Of a DNA stretch of 41,964 bases, positions 22,395-35,604 are shown one piece after another. This stretch comes from Eremomyces bilateralis CBS 781.70 (lineage: Eukaryota): NCBI GenBank assembly GCA_010015585.1, contig ML975173.1. The stretch is one strand, 5' to 3'. The notes beneath the pieces are model-generated. The model was not told the DNA's origin and searched no databases. It saw only the letters and a list, made by a program, of their open reading frames with translations. The position numbers were made by a program, and so were the translations under genes. Position 1 is the stretch's first letter. The number at the start of each line of letters is the position of its first letter.

Positions 22395-25300
22395 ATGTCT
22401 TCTCCCACATCCCGCCGAACACGAAATTCCGCCTCCGCGACCCCTCGACGAAGCACTCGTTCCTCGCAAGTCCCACAAAGCTCGCCAACCGCTCAGCTCG
22501 CATCGGAGGCCTCGCAGGCGTCCGATCGACAGTCCAACGCTGGTACCAGCCTTGATGGAACGCCGAGGGCCTCGCAATCGCAGCAACGGAGCGGCACAAC
22601 GTCCTCGCCCCTGTTCTTCAACTCGTCTCCCGCGCACAGGTTGAGCCAGCAGACGGCCGCCAATGTCAGCTCGCCGTTGAAATCGCAACTAGACGATGGC
22701 GAGACAACCCCGAGAGCCAGTCAGAACATCAGAGGTGGGTGGTATTTCTCCATGGAAACCCCGTATTTAAGGCTAACTAGGAATTAGATTCTTCTCCAAT
22801 CCACTATGCCTCCAGTTCCTCGCCCGGACGGGTGCGAAGCTCCCAAGCCCGTGATAACATCCATAGCAGCAGCAGTGCACTCTTCGTGCGCGGATCCGGT
22901 ACGCCAGCGCGGAACCGCCGCCATGATATCAATTCCGATGTGTTTGGCTCCAGCGGTGCACGACGTCGTCGCATGTTCGTCGATGAAAACGGCATGGTTG
23001 TGGGAGGTTCGGATGCTGCCACTTTCTCCAACCTGGACCCGAATACCTCTGACGCGGATGCATTGGCCGGGAACTCCAGCAGCGTGATCTGGGGGACCAA
23101 TATCTCGGTTGCGAACTCCATGCATGCCTTTAAGGACTTCTTGTTGAATTATGAGAGGAAGTACCGCATGGTGCGCGATGGGGAACTGCCGGATACCCAG
23201 AGTATTCCGTACGATGATCCGGGAAGAACGAAGGAGTACGTTGAGATGATGCAGATGATGTTGGAACTGGGCGTCACTGCGTTTAATCTCGATGCCAGGA
23301 ATCTGAAGGCCTATCCGCCTACTACGAAGCTGTGGCACCAGCTGCAGGCTTTCCCGAACGAGATCATACCGATCATGGATCAAGGCCTGAAAGATACATT
23401 GGTCGAATTGGCCCAGAAAAAGATGAATGACATTCGTTCTCAGTCACAGCGTACGCAGCATACGACGCAGTCGTCCCGAGTTCGAGGATCAAGCTCCCTC
23501 CCTCCTCATCCTAGCTCTGATGCGGAGATGGGCAACGGCCAGACTGCCCCCCCTGAAGAAATCGATGATCTTGTCAATGAGGTCGAGGTCAACGTGTACC
23601 GAGTTCGACCCTTTGGGCTGGATAACACCGTCAATCTGCGTGACCTGAACCCTGCCGATATGGACAAGCTTGTCAGCATCAAAGGGCTTGTGATTCGCAC
23701 TACCCCTATTATTCCCGACATGAAGGATGCCTTCTTCCGTTGCGCGGTGTGCAATCACACAGTGCGCGTTGACATTGACCGTGGAAAGATCGCTGAGCCT
23801 ACAAGGTGCCCACGAACCGGATGCGAGGCATCTAATGCGATGCAGATCGTGCATAATCGGTCTGGGTTTGCTGATAAGCAAGTCATCAAGCTGCAAGAGA
23901 CCCCCGACAGTGTCCCGGATGGCCAGACACCTCACTCCGTATCCGTGTGTGTCTACGACGAGCTGGTAGATGTCTGCAAAGCCGGTGACCGCGTCGAAAT
24001 CACGGGTATCTTCAAGAGCAATCAGGTTCGGGTGAACCCTCGTCAACGTACCGTCAAGAACATCTTCAAGACGTATGTCGACGGTCTTCACATCCAGAAG
24101 GTCGACAAGAAGCGCATGGGGATCGACACCTCTACCGTTGAAGAGGATCTGGCGGAGCAAGCTACGGGAGACACGGAAGAGAACCGCAAGATCTCGGCAG
24201 AAGAAGAGGCGAAGATCAAGGAAATCGCCGGGCGAGCCGATGTATACGAGCTTCTTTCTCGTTCCCTTGCCCCTAGCATCTACGAGATGGACGATGTGAA
24301 GAAGGGCATTCTCCTCCAACTCTTTGGGGGTACGAACAAGTCCTTCGAGAAGGGTGGAAGTCCGAAGTACCGCGGAGATATCAACGTCCTTCTCTGCGGT
24401 GATCCTTCGACGTCAAAGTCACAGCTGTTGAAGTACGTCCACAAGATTGCTCCGCGTGGAGTGTACACCAGCGGCAAGGGTTCATCGGCCGTTGGTTTGA
24501 CGGCCTATGTGACTCGGGATCCAGAAACTCGCCAACTGGTTCTCGAGTCCGGAGCACTGGTCCTCTCCGATGGTGGTGTCTGTTGCATCGATGAATTCGA
24601 CAAAATGAGCGACGCCACTCGCAGTGTGCTTCATGAAGTGATGGAGCAGCAGACCGTTTCTATCGCGAAGGCCGGGATCATCACGACACTGAATGCTCGC
24701 ACCAGCATTTTGGCATCGGCGAACCCTATTGGAAGCAAATACAATCCCAATCTGCCGGTTCCCGCCAACATCGATCTACCGCCAACCCTCCTCTCTAGGT
24801 TCGATCTCGTCTACCTCGTCCTCGACCAGGTCGATGAGATGCACGATCGGCGATTGGCACGGCATTTGGTCGGCATGTACCTAGAAGACGCTCCCGAGAA
24901 TGCGGCGAGTAAGGAGGTACTGGTAAGTCCCCAATCTTCAATCTGACGTGGACTCTGGAGAATAAATTCACTAACAAAATCAGCCCGTCGAGTTCCTCAC
25001 GGCCTATATCTCCTACGCCCGCCAGGTCTGCACTCCCCGCATCACCGAAGGCGCTGCCCGCCGCCTCTCCGACGCCTACGTCGCTATGCGCGCCCTCGGC
25101 TCCGACGTGCGGTCCGCGGACCGGCGCATCACCGCGACGACGCGGCAACTGGAGTCCATGATCCGCCTCGCCGAAGCGCACGCCAAGATGCGACTCGCGG
25201 AAACCGTCGAGGAATCCGACGTCGACGAAGCAGTGCGGCTAATTAAGAGCGCGCTAAAGCAGGCGGCGACGGACGCGCGGACGGGATTGATAGACATGGG

Positions 25301-25580
25301 GTTGTTGACGGAGGGGATGGGGGCGGGGGAGCGGCGAAGGAGGGAGGACTTGAAGGGGGCAGTGGGGGCGGTGGTGGAGGAGTTAGGGGGCGCGGGGGCG
25401 GGAGTGAGGGTGGGAGATTTGGTGAGGCGGTTGGGGGAGCGGGCGCAGGCTGGAGGTGGAGGGGAGATTGAGAATGGGGAGGTGATGGACGCGTTGAGGG
25501 CGCTGGAGGCCGAGGGGAAGGTTAGAGTGTCCGGCGAGGGTGCAAGGAAGGTGGTGAGGAAGGTGGTTGGCGCAGTCTGA
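22395..25580 (+). CDS. MCM4: DNA replication licensing factor MCM4 (Cdc54/Cdc21)
   Basis: Exons 22395-22734, 22788-24922, 24984-25580. S/T-P-rich N-terminus, IWGTNIS, Zn finger, GDPSTSKSQ, CCIDEFDKM, LLSRFDL, TTRQLESMIRLAEAHA. Confidence 0.97.
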
Positions 25581-26115
25581 TTGTCCGGCTTGGGATAGGG
25601 GTTCAGGAGTTCAGTGGCTTCTGGTGGAGACGGATGAGCTTGGCTTGAGGGCAATGATTCGGAACGGATACCTGGTTTCGGACTTTTAACGATATAGAGC
25701 TACTAGTAATGAAAGATGTTTTGAATCATTAATAGCCCAGGGTTCGTAGTCGTTTGTGGTTTAAGTCGGCAACGGGCTGGACTGCGCGCATGCTCTGCCC
25801 AAAAATCGATGACATCATACCCAAAGATCGGAAACTCGTGAAAGTAAACTGACGACGAAGTTGATTAATACCGTACGCAACAGTCCGTCTTCCATTTAGC
25901 AAACACAAATAGCTGGTCCCTTAAACAACAATCCACAAGACCCTACGAATACCCACCCAGATTCGGAACAATTGACTATTGTGTTCTTTGTCTATTGAGC
26001 TCCAGTCTTCATCCCTTGCCCAGCGCGTCCTCCGTTCCGCCATCAAAGGCAGCCTTGGAAGTCATATCTCTTATAGCATAGTGATTTATTACTCACCCAA
26101 TTGAGTTTGTCAACA

Positions 26116-26773
26116 ATGGACGATCCAGGTAATTCTTCATTCTGTAGGTTGAGCCGCCTGAAGCTTACCCTTCGCAGTGACGGAGATCCCAGGTGTGATC
26201 CACGCCTTAACTCAGTCCCGCCCGTCCGTCCAGCGAGAAACAATCGAGAAATATTTCACCCAAGACGCCACCTTCATCCATCCATTCTGCCGAACCCCCC
26301 GGTTGCAAGACTCCCGATGGATAATCCTAGCGATCTACCGCTGGTACAAGGTATGCCCACCCTCCCCCGAACCAGCCCTCACCCACTCACTGCAATAGGT
26401 GCTCTCCCCGCGCATCGACCTCTCAATCCAATCCGTCGGCTACGACGCCCCGAACCTCCGCCTCTACGTGACGGTCCACCAGATCTTCCGCCTATGGTTC
26501 GTCCCGTTCTACAAGGCGCCGGTGACGTTGGTGACGGTGCTCGATCTGGCGAAGGTGGAGAAGAAGTATCGTATCCAGCAGCAGGAGGACCTGTATCAGA
26601 CGGACAAGTTCATAAGCTTCGTACCACTTTTTCCGGGGGGGTCGCTGGTCGTGATGGCTTGTCAGTATTTCGCGGCGCTGTTTTGCGTGGTTGGGGCGAT
26701 GGTGCTGCGGCCGTTTACTTGGCTGGCGGAGAATCGATATCCGGGGGGCTGGAAGGGTGTCGCTCTGGAGTGA
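26116..26773 (+). CDS. Conserved fungal protein, NTF2-like fold predicted
   Basis: Exons 26116-26128, 26178-26350, 26399-26773. MDDPVTEIPGVIHALT...YFTQDATFIHPFC...IYRWYKVLSPRI...YRIQQQEDLYQ resembles a widespread fungal uncharacterised family. Confidence 0.78.
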
Positions 26774-27302
26774 CAGTGCCCTGGATAGTTTAAGTTGATC
26801 TACTTATCAAGTTGCTTCTGGGCCTTCTGATGGCAATGAAACCATGGCTGATGCAAACCCCGGGGGATCGAGAAGAGCTAAAGCATTGGTGGAATGGCTG
26901 CTTTGTTGTGTGGTGTTCTAGTCTGGCCAGATTTGACGCCCGAAGCAAGTCTTTGTCGGTTTGAAGTGTGTAGACAGGAGGACTTTTCTTCGTCAGGTGA
27001 CTCGACTCTATATGCTTCCATTCCTGACCCAAGCCTCGGTCTTCTGGCGTCATGTTGCCACCGTGATCTCAATCACTAATGGACGATAACCGAAGAATAT
27101 TTGTATGCCTATGTGTAGGGATATATCATCCATGTGTAAAACAGATCAATTACAGATATCAATACAAAACCAGAACTGAAGGGTGAAAGACGCCAAGCAA
27201 GGGAAATACATCGCAAACAAATTTTCATGCACTGCATTACGTCTAATACGCTCGAACGAGTGCATGGGTATGGTACACTTTTATTTACCTTCCAGAGGCC
27301 GC

Positions 27303-29334
27303 TCAGTCCACCTTGATAGCGCCGTAAATCTTCAGGATGAACATCCAGGTCGCCAGGAATCCGATAGTGCCTGGACCGAAGTTAGTAACCAACTCAACTG
27401 TAGTTCTGCATGGGACTCACCTGTCAAAACGAAGAACAGCGTACTTATTAGCAAACTATATCCCAAGTACAGCACCCCGCTCGTCCAGCTGGTGAAACTC
27501 AACGTCTTCACCCAGTAGAGCATGGCGTACAGGAAGACATAAAACGCGCTCGCTCCCGCCGTGAAGAACGACCGCCACTGCCAGTGATAGTTCTCCGCGC
27601 ATAGCAGGAAGTAGACCATTAGCACTGTGACGGCAGCGCACGTCATGATCATGATGCCGAAGCAGACGAAGAGGAACCCGAACATGTAGTAGAACTTGCT
27701 GAACCAGATGCTGCGCATGATGAAGTACAGCTCCACGAAGATGGCGCCGAAGGGCAGCACGCCGACGAGGAGCATGCTGGGGATCGGCCGCATGTAGCTG
27801 CTCGCCTGGGGGATCTGGCGCGGGATCTGGTTCGTGCGGGTCGGTTCGTGGATCCCTTTGGCCTTGAACCCAAGCCACGACCCGGCGAGCGACAGAGGGA
27901 CGGAGATGACGAACCACAGGCTAATGAGGACGAGCATGGTGGTGAACGGGACGGCGCCGCTGGCATGCCGCGCCCACACGAAGAGGTTCAGAAGGAAGAA
28001 CGCGCCGAAGACCAGGCAGGGAAGGGCCATCGGGGTGTAGATGAAGTTCTGCTTCCAGGCTTCGCCGTGAAAGAACTTGTACACGCGCGCGGAGATGTAG
28101 CCGCCGATAAACCCGAAGAGGGTGTGGAAGATGATCATCATGGTGGCTAGGGAGCCGCGGTTGGAAGGCGAAAGGAAGCCAAGGAGGGCAAACACTGCGC
28201 GATGTAAGTGAGCGCCCATGGATGATGGTGGTTTAACTTACCAATCGTGAACCCGGTCATCATGAATAGTTGAGCGCCGTTCCCAACCAGGACACTAAGC
28301 AACATAGGAGACCTTGGTGGTCTGAAAACGTCACCATGCACCAGTTTCCAACCCGAGTCCTCCTGAACTCCGTCATCCATGATTCCAGTACCCGAAAGGT
28401 CCTCCAGGGCTACAGCATCCAGCCTGTTATACCTCGCGATGTCTTTCCTCAACGTTCTGAACAGGATGGTGGTCACCATTCCCACCAGGAAGCAAACGAT
28501 GACCGCCGAGTTGATGAGCGAGAACCAGTGGATCCGGGGATCGTAGACATGCAGGTACTTGTCCCATCGCGTCGCGAAAGGGGTGGGCGAAGGGTTCCAG
28601 TAGACGCTGTACGTAAAGACGACGTCGGTGTCGCCCGACTCCGAAAGACTCAGAGGCGTCCCCTCTCCGCATAAAGCAACCCCGTCTCCGATCTCTTTCG
28701 CATCCGCTGAGGACGAAGATTGTACTGTCACACCGACCACCCGATGCTTATCCTGACTGAACTCATGATAGTCGATGAAGATGTCGTAGTGATTGTTCAG
28801 CACCGGCAGATCGTCGATGATGGTCCCGAGCGGGAAACCGGGACTCTCGTATACCTCCTCCGTGATGGTGTCCTTCTTCAATTGTCCCGCTGGCAGTCCA
28901 TCCACCAACCAATTGATATTGTAATCCTGGAATATCCTCCGGTTCACGAACTTGCTGTCTTCCGGTGGGAATGTCTGCTTCCCGCACACTGCCTTGCATG
29001 ATTCGTTTATGCCCATCTTCAGCTCGAAGGGCGAGTTCTGGATTCGGTCCCCGAACAGGATACTGCCCAGCGACTCATATTCGTACTTCGTCCCCTCCGG
29101 AGGCTGGCAAAAATGGAATTCGGGAAGGTAGTAGTCGAACGAGAAGACGGAGCGGACCTGCGGATCACGTTCCGATTCGGCAGGCGTGAGGTGGTTAACG
29201 TTCAAGGGAACTTTGTCGCCGTCTCGATATGACGTGGGCGCAACACCAGGGAGGTAGAAGGCGGATGCTGGGGAGAGAAGGAGCAGTAACGCTGGTAATA
29301 TTGAGACGGCCGCGCCGCATCGTGACGGACTCAT
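27303..29334 (-). CDS. EMP70: Transmembrane 9 superfamily protein (nonaspanin)
   Basis: Exons 29334-28242, 28194-27421, 27370-27303. FYLPGVAP, IHWFSLINS, GWKLVHGDVFRPP, GFLSPSNRG, NQIPRQIP, C-terminal IYGAIKVD*. Confidence 0.96.
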
Positions 29335-30039
29335 GGTGATTCTGCGCCCGTTGCTGCTCAGTGACGGTATCCCGAAGCCTTAGAAAATATCAGGAGGCAG
29401 ATGCCGCAAGCTCCGGAGTATTAAAATGCCACCCTCATACGTGGTTCAAATCCCGGGGTTCATCCGACGTGGTCTGTACCGGTCGATGAGGGTTGTCGAT
29501 CGGGATTTGAAAGCATCAACTGCTAGCCGGCGAGGGTGTCGGATTGCGTAGGGTTTTGCGGAGTTGAGGGTTCGAATAGTGAAAGCTGTCCTGAAAGAAT
29601 CCTGTGACACTCCAAGGTGATGAAAACGAAGCAGATGAACAGGGAGAGCGAGTTACTGAAAGCGGACTAGCCGATTGTCCCCTGATTGAGTTTACGCGTG
29701 TGCTGTGGATAGGCACCATTTTTCATTTAACCATGTGAGGGTGCTTTTTCTCATTCAAATACAGGTAATTTCTTCTTCAATATATTAATATGCAATAATA
29801 TGCTATAAGCACTATTGCGGCGCAGTACATCTCCGTCTGAATCGCCCGACTTCCCATTCCTACAAGGCCAATCCATTGCTATCGAATGGCACGTCTTTGT
29901 GCAGGCAGTACAGTACAGTACTACGGCCTATCGTTGATCTACGGCGCATCATGCTCAGTGATCTATTCCGAGCTGGCAAAACCTTCGGTGGACATCGAGG
30001 ACTCCATCAGTTGTCTATCAAAGCGATTTACATTCCCTT

Positions 30040-31212
30040 CAAATGCCAAACGGCTTGATGTTCATGCTCATGAACGGCTAAAGGATGCTGTTAGGGGCGG
30101 GTCGACTCATCGAAGTAGGTGACACTTACGCTGGCAAAACTCATTGGAAGGAAAAAGAAAAGTAACGACTGTTATCGTCCTCATCGCAGCCGTGTCACTT
30201 TGGTCTTTTTGCACTGCTGCGGCCTGGTCTCGGTCCAGCTCGCTAGCGATTTGCGCGTTCCAGTTCTCCAGCAAACCCATCATTTCTTCCATTCTCTTCC
30301 TCTGCTCTAAGTCAGGTATCGCGTCCCCAGTCGTATCCTTTTCAGTCAACGACCAAAGATCATCCTCATTGTCCTAAACACGGACTGCGCGCAGTCGGAA
30401 ATCGACTGCAAGTGGTTTTTAAGCCACTATCCGGAATCGGATTCTGATGTTATTCTGATTGGCGTATCTGGCCGCCCACGTGGGTAATCCGCGCCTTCAG
30501 TTTGGATTCTTTCTATCTCGCCGAGGACCCTTCCCAAGAGAGCTGAATCATGTGCAGCGTCCGCGGTTTTAGGCTGGCACAGGCTCCGGTTGCGGATCTG
30601 GCTTACGAATTGCCTCGTGTACCTCTTTGTGAAGATGCTCCATCTCAGCGAGGATCCGTTCAGTGTCACTTCAGCTCGGCGGTGCTTCCATGGATGCCTT
30701 TCGTTTCTTCCTGGATATCTCGGACCAACGTCCTACAAGGTATTTGTCAGCCGAACGACCTCGAATCGATATCAATGGATGAAGCGGCACCGTCCCAGAA
30801 ACTACCAGGATCACTCCAGTGTCGTCATACCAACAGCAATTTCTAACGCCGCCTGATGAGCCTCCAGCTCCACATGACATTGCTCAATTCCCCTCTTTCC
30901 ACGCCAAATGAAGCTGACACTACTGCCGAGTCGCTCGCAGTCATACTTCTCGATTAAAGTTTCCAGTCGTACTGTCACATCGGTACAAGTCTTCAAGATC
31001 GACAACCCATTCGGATGAAATGCCGCGTTGGGGGGCTTTGCGTCCTCAGTCAGCATCGCCAGACTGCATTCAGGGACTGCTAGTCACGAGTGACGGTAAA
31101 TATCTCCTCGAGATTCTTTCACGTCTGGTCGGAATCATTCGAGGGTGAATATGACCCGCGCAATCACATCGAGTAGCTGCACAGCTGTGCTCACTATGGA
31201 AACCGGATCCAC
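30040..31212 (-). pseudogene. Decayed gene: fungal STAND N-terminal (HeLo-like) domain plus CorA-like C-terminal TM segment
   Basis: Begins GTG-DPVSIVSTAVQLLDVIARV (no ATG). In-frame TGA at 31137-31135 and several frameshifts. Continues LKTCTDVTVRLETLIEKY...ELEAHQAALEIAV and DTERILAEM. C-terminal AAMRTITVVTFLF[fs]LPMSFAS, a canonical intron (30129-30078), then PFMSMN. Confidence 0.7.
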
Positions 31213-32517
31213 TATGTTGTACGGAGAAAGTCGTCCACGTCCTATTTTGGGGAGCTCGCCACGTACTCCAGTGATTCGTTCGGTCTTTGGCTGTGACGCC
31301 AAATCACAGTATGAACCCCGCTCTTGCTATCAAATACCCTTTTGTAGGAATCTGTACATCGTAAACGGGACCCGCATTGCTGGTCCGCTTACCCGGGCCT
31401 GTTAGCTCGCATGTTCAGACGAATATAGATTTCCGCTGCCTGCCGGGATCCGAAAATCGATCAGAACCGAGTCGACTCAGAATACGAAGAGAAAAGCCTA
31501 TTGTATCGTTCCATCACCCTGATGAGATAAGTAAATAGTTAAAGGGTTGCGTTTCATTATGGAGACAGCTGGTCAGCAAATGTAGGCTACCTTTTCCGAA
31601 ACAATAGACTCTTCCAGGTTGTACTATATGCATGCGACGCTGCGATAGAACTAGTAAAACGAATATACTTACTATAGTACATGCATCCAAGAGTGTCTTA
31701 CAGTATCCACCAAATTTGCATATTACTCTACTCAAGGCTGTACCTGAAATCTGAATAATCGCGCGAGTTTGAGCCTTTGAGGTCCTGTGGCTCTGCTGCG
31801 TGCTGACGGTTCGTATAGCCCCCTTATCACGTGACTTACACGTTCCGTCGTTCCAAATCCGTGAGGGCGAAGACCTAAATAAAGCAACAGCTAGAACATG
31901 ACCACAGCAACACAAAAAAACAATGGGGAGATGACTCAACAGTGCCCGTAGGTACTTTCGATTGTCGATATCCAAATCGTATTGGCCAACGACAATATTT
32001 TTCAGGTCAAAGCCATCTCGTGATGTTGGATGTACAATAGGCAAGCGTTCACCACGTTGCCTCTCCTTGTCTCTCCCTTGCCGACTTGCTGAGTCGCCAG
32101 ATACGGATCAGCGAGAACACCGGACGCCATACCTGACCAAGCCTCCACCATGCATATCCAGCTGCAACGCTGAGGCACCGCCCTCCATCCGTTTGATATT
32201 TCATTGGCACATACCGGATAGCGGTACGATGTGACCTCGCCTGATCCCCATTTAGACCATCTCCCGCTCCGCGAGGCGATCACTAAAAATGGCCAGCGGA
32301 GACTAGGCGATTTATCTGGCGAATCTGCTGAGAAATGGAGACCTTCGTGTTGAGACGATGAAATATTTAAGAACAACAGATTCCCCCGTCGAGATGGATT
32401 TTGGATAGCATCAGTGCACAGCAATATCAACAACGCATCAAATCTTCAAACTTTCCGGTCACTCGCTTCAAACGTACTTTAATCTTCAACCCATCCTCAA
32501 ATCTATCCCCCATCAAA

Positions 32518-32946
32518 ATGAAGTTCCTCGGCTCCCTCGTCACCCTCTCCGCCCTCGCGGCCACCACCACCGCCCTCCAATCCATCTACGTCGGCACCCG
32601 CTCGGCCGACTACGTTAAGGGCGGCCGCTACGTCGTCTGGTTCTCCGACTCGGACGTCTGCAAGCAGGGCGTGACCTACGGCTACCCCGGCTACGGCGTG
32701 GATGTCTGCGACTACGACTTCACGCTGCTCGGCCATCCGGACATCGAGTTCACCGGCTGCTACCCGGCGCCCCATGGGGATAACCCCACGGGGGTCAAGG
32801 ACGGCGACGCGGCGGCCTTGACGTGCAGTGCGGACGGTGCGGACGGACCGCTCGGACCGGATCTATCGACCGTCAAGATCCAGTGTCCTGGCGACTCCCA
32901 GTCTGCAAACGGATACGAGGTCGAGCTCAGGAGGTATTGCAAGTAA
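32518..32946 (+). CDS. Small secreted cysteine-rich protein (142 aa, 6 Cys), effector-like
   Basis: CAAAATG start, signal peptide MKFLGSLVTLSALAATTTA, six Cys, strong C-ending codon bias, no intron, TATA-like TATTTAA about 150 bp upstream. Confidence 0.88.
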   Translation: MKFLGSLVTLSALAATTTALQSIYVGTRSADYVKGGRYVVWFSDSDVCKQGVTYGYPGYGVDVCDYDFTLLGHPDIEFTGCYPAPHGDNPTGVKDGDAAALTCSADGADGPLGPDLSTVKIQCPGDSQSANGYEVELRRYCK

Positions 32947-35574
32947 ATGGCTCGGAGGATGGGATCGCAACGCGGCATCGAGAAGCATTCTAAAGGCGTT
33001 CAGAACGAATGGGCCCGATGGAAATAGACTTGAGGTGTTTGCTTGAGCATTCGAAATTGCCATTCAACGAGGGATCCGCGCGGTTTGGCCACCGTTTAAT
33101 CATACCATTCCTTTGAGCATTATTACAATTCATGAAATACGATTTATGACTTTATAACATGCCCCTCTGAGAAGACTTGGGTGAGATCGTTAGAAAAACG
33201 TAGTAACACTTCAGGCGGGGAGACAGAAAAGCAGCTGGTCGTTCGAGGTACATTCTTGCGTTTGGGCCGAGAGTATCGTATCCCAATTAATTTTCCTCTT
33301 GAACTGGAAATCCCATGATACCTACTCAAGTGATCGAAGTTCTGACTCGCGCAAATTATAGAGAACGATGGCTATACGATGCATCGGAAGGACTCAGGAC
33401 ACGAGAGAAATGGCGACAAGTGCGAAATACAACCCAAAGAACCAATAAGAGCATCAAGTCTGACCAGAAGACAACGCCCTTCTGCGCCACAGTAGCGAAA
33501 ATCTCGACCTATGTCTTCGTAGTCGTAAAGGCCGTAGAGCAAACCAATGAAATGCGAAACTAAACTCCATTACACACGTCATTGAATCATACATAGTACT
33601 GTCAAGTATGCAGATGTGCTGACCTCTATTTTTGTATCCCTTACGAGGGACTAGTGCCCTCAAACAGCTAGAGGATGGGGCAACGGGGAAAGATTCAACC
33701 GCATGCGGCGATGCTATGCGCTGCAAGGATCCGTGTAGTCCTGTGGAGGTATCATAGCCTAGCTGCTGAATCATCCTGAAATAGGAGTGATTCCGAGTTA
33801 GGATCGGTCCCGGTTATAGGTGGAAGGTCTAAAGCGCTTTGAGATGCCATAGCAGTCTGATAGGAGTTCGATTGACTGCCCATGTTTCGAACCTAGGATC
33901 CCTGCGTATGTTCTTGTCCGGATGCTGTCGATACAAGCGCATTTGCTGGCTGTTTGAGGTTGGAAATGGACCAGTCCAGGCCAATAGGTCCTAGTTCCCT
34001 TGCAAGACATGAACAATGCGAGGCGGGGTGGTTTATAGCACCTGAGAGATGTACCACACTATGGCCTGCATCAGGTAAGGCCCATCAGATATGGCTTATG
34101 GCTTGCTCCGTCTCACCGAATCTCGGGTTCCTGCCGTGAACAAGATGCGATCGTAGGAGATGGGAAATCGGCGACCTGTGTGGGATGGTCGTCAGGCGTC
34201 AGCAGCCAGAACATAAGGCTGAATGGCTGATGATCACGGCAACATGGTTCATGGCTCATCGGGTGATACCCTGCGCCGGTTGATTGAAGTGCATACCCGC
34301 GGGACCGATGGAGAGGAGCGGAAGTGCGGACTGGAAGGCTTGCATAGCTGCATCGTTAGCATGGTCGCAAACCTCAAGAAGCTGGAACATGGACCGATAA
34401 TTTGCTCAACAGAACTATCGGCGAGGAAGGCGAGGTTATATTTAATACCTGTAGCTGGGAAGTCCAGGGCCTTGCATGCATCGGTCAATCTCAGCATCAG
34501 CCAATTGTAGATGCCGTGCTTAGAGCGTTAATGATGCAAGGCTAGGATGACAAGAACCAACTTATGAACCTACAGGCGACGGAACGTCCTAACGAGCCGG
34601 TATGGCTAAAATCAAACTCTCCTGCATTAGTCGATTAGGGTGAAATCCGAGTTGTCCAGTCCAATCGCACCCAACGCGATCTCGCCCAAGCAGCCATCCG
34701 TGACTTATTGAAAGGAGGGGAGAAATCCCGACGGTCCGGATCAAATGCCCATCTAAGAATTCGCTGTAACTCAGCCCTTGTTCTCCGAACCATGCGACTA
34801 GAGTACCGTGCCGTAGTTGCAATTTACTCATGGCACAGAGGGGATGAAGGATTCCTGCTCACAGCGAACTCATCCCGATATCGAGCATGCTGTTGCGGTT
34901 GACGTCGAGGACCGACTTTCTCTGCCAGCGGTGGTGTGGACCGTCAATGACGTTGAAGCAAAGTTTCTAGGTGGAAAGCCTGGCCAGAGCGGGGAGAGAC
35001 GAGAGTAGATATCTGCAGCGAGAAGCCATGGACCGGTCAAAGTTAGACCACTGCCGACTCACTCGACTGGGATGTTACATCTTCGACCAACAACCATGCA
35101 TTGGCTCACAGGAACCGAAAGACTAAAGAGATACGGAAAGGGGAGCTTCCGGACGACATTAGTTCGTACATAATTGATACTGTAGCATCCCCAACCCCCA
35201 TGCCATCAGCACATCAGGACAATTCTTGCATCAAGCCAAGCCTCCATTCGCTCTCCGGCGATGGAGTCAGATTACCCGGCGATTTAGTCATATTCCAGCC
35301 TCGGGAATACTCGTCATGATTGGCGTGATAGTTTAATGACGAAGATGAACAGGTGAAAGATCCATGATCCGGACAGACGAACGAGGATCGGGGGATGAGG
35401 TTCGGTTGAGGAGAGAGCGAGGGTGAGTGGTGAGAGAGAAATCCTGGGACAGAATCCTGGTAGAGTTGTCCGATAAAGGTTTAGAGCGACTTCTATCTTC
35501 AGAGTTCACATCAGTTCCACACGTTGCTTGGAAGCTCGGACATTTACTAATCCTCCTTTTGCAAAGCGCAAAAC

Positions 35575-35604
35575 CCCGTAATCCCGTAATCCCGTAATCC
35601 CGTA
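35575..35604. repeat. 8-bp tandem repeat (CCCGTAAT) x3.75
   Basis: Directly visible, at the start of the pyrimidine-rich region upstream of the GBP2/HRB1 gene. Confidence 0.9.

Noticed and set aside
34630..34645. TTAGGG as a telomerase RNA template or telomeric repeat
   Set aside because: Single hexamer, with no 1.5-repeat template or other supporting structure.
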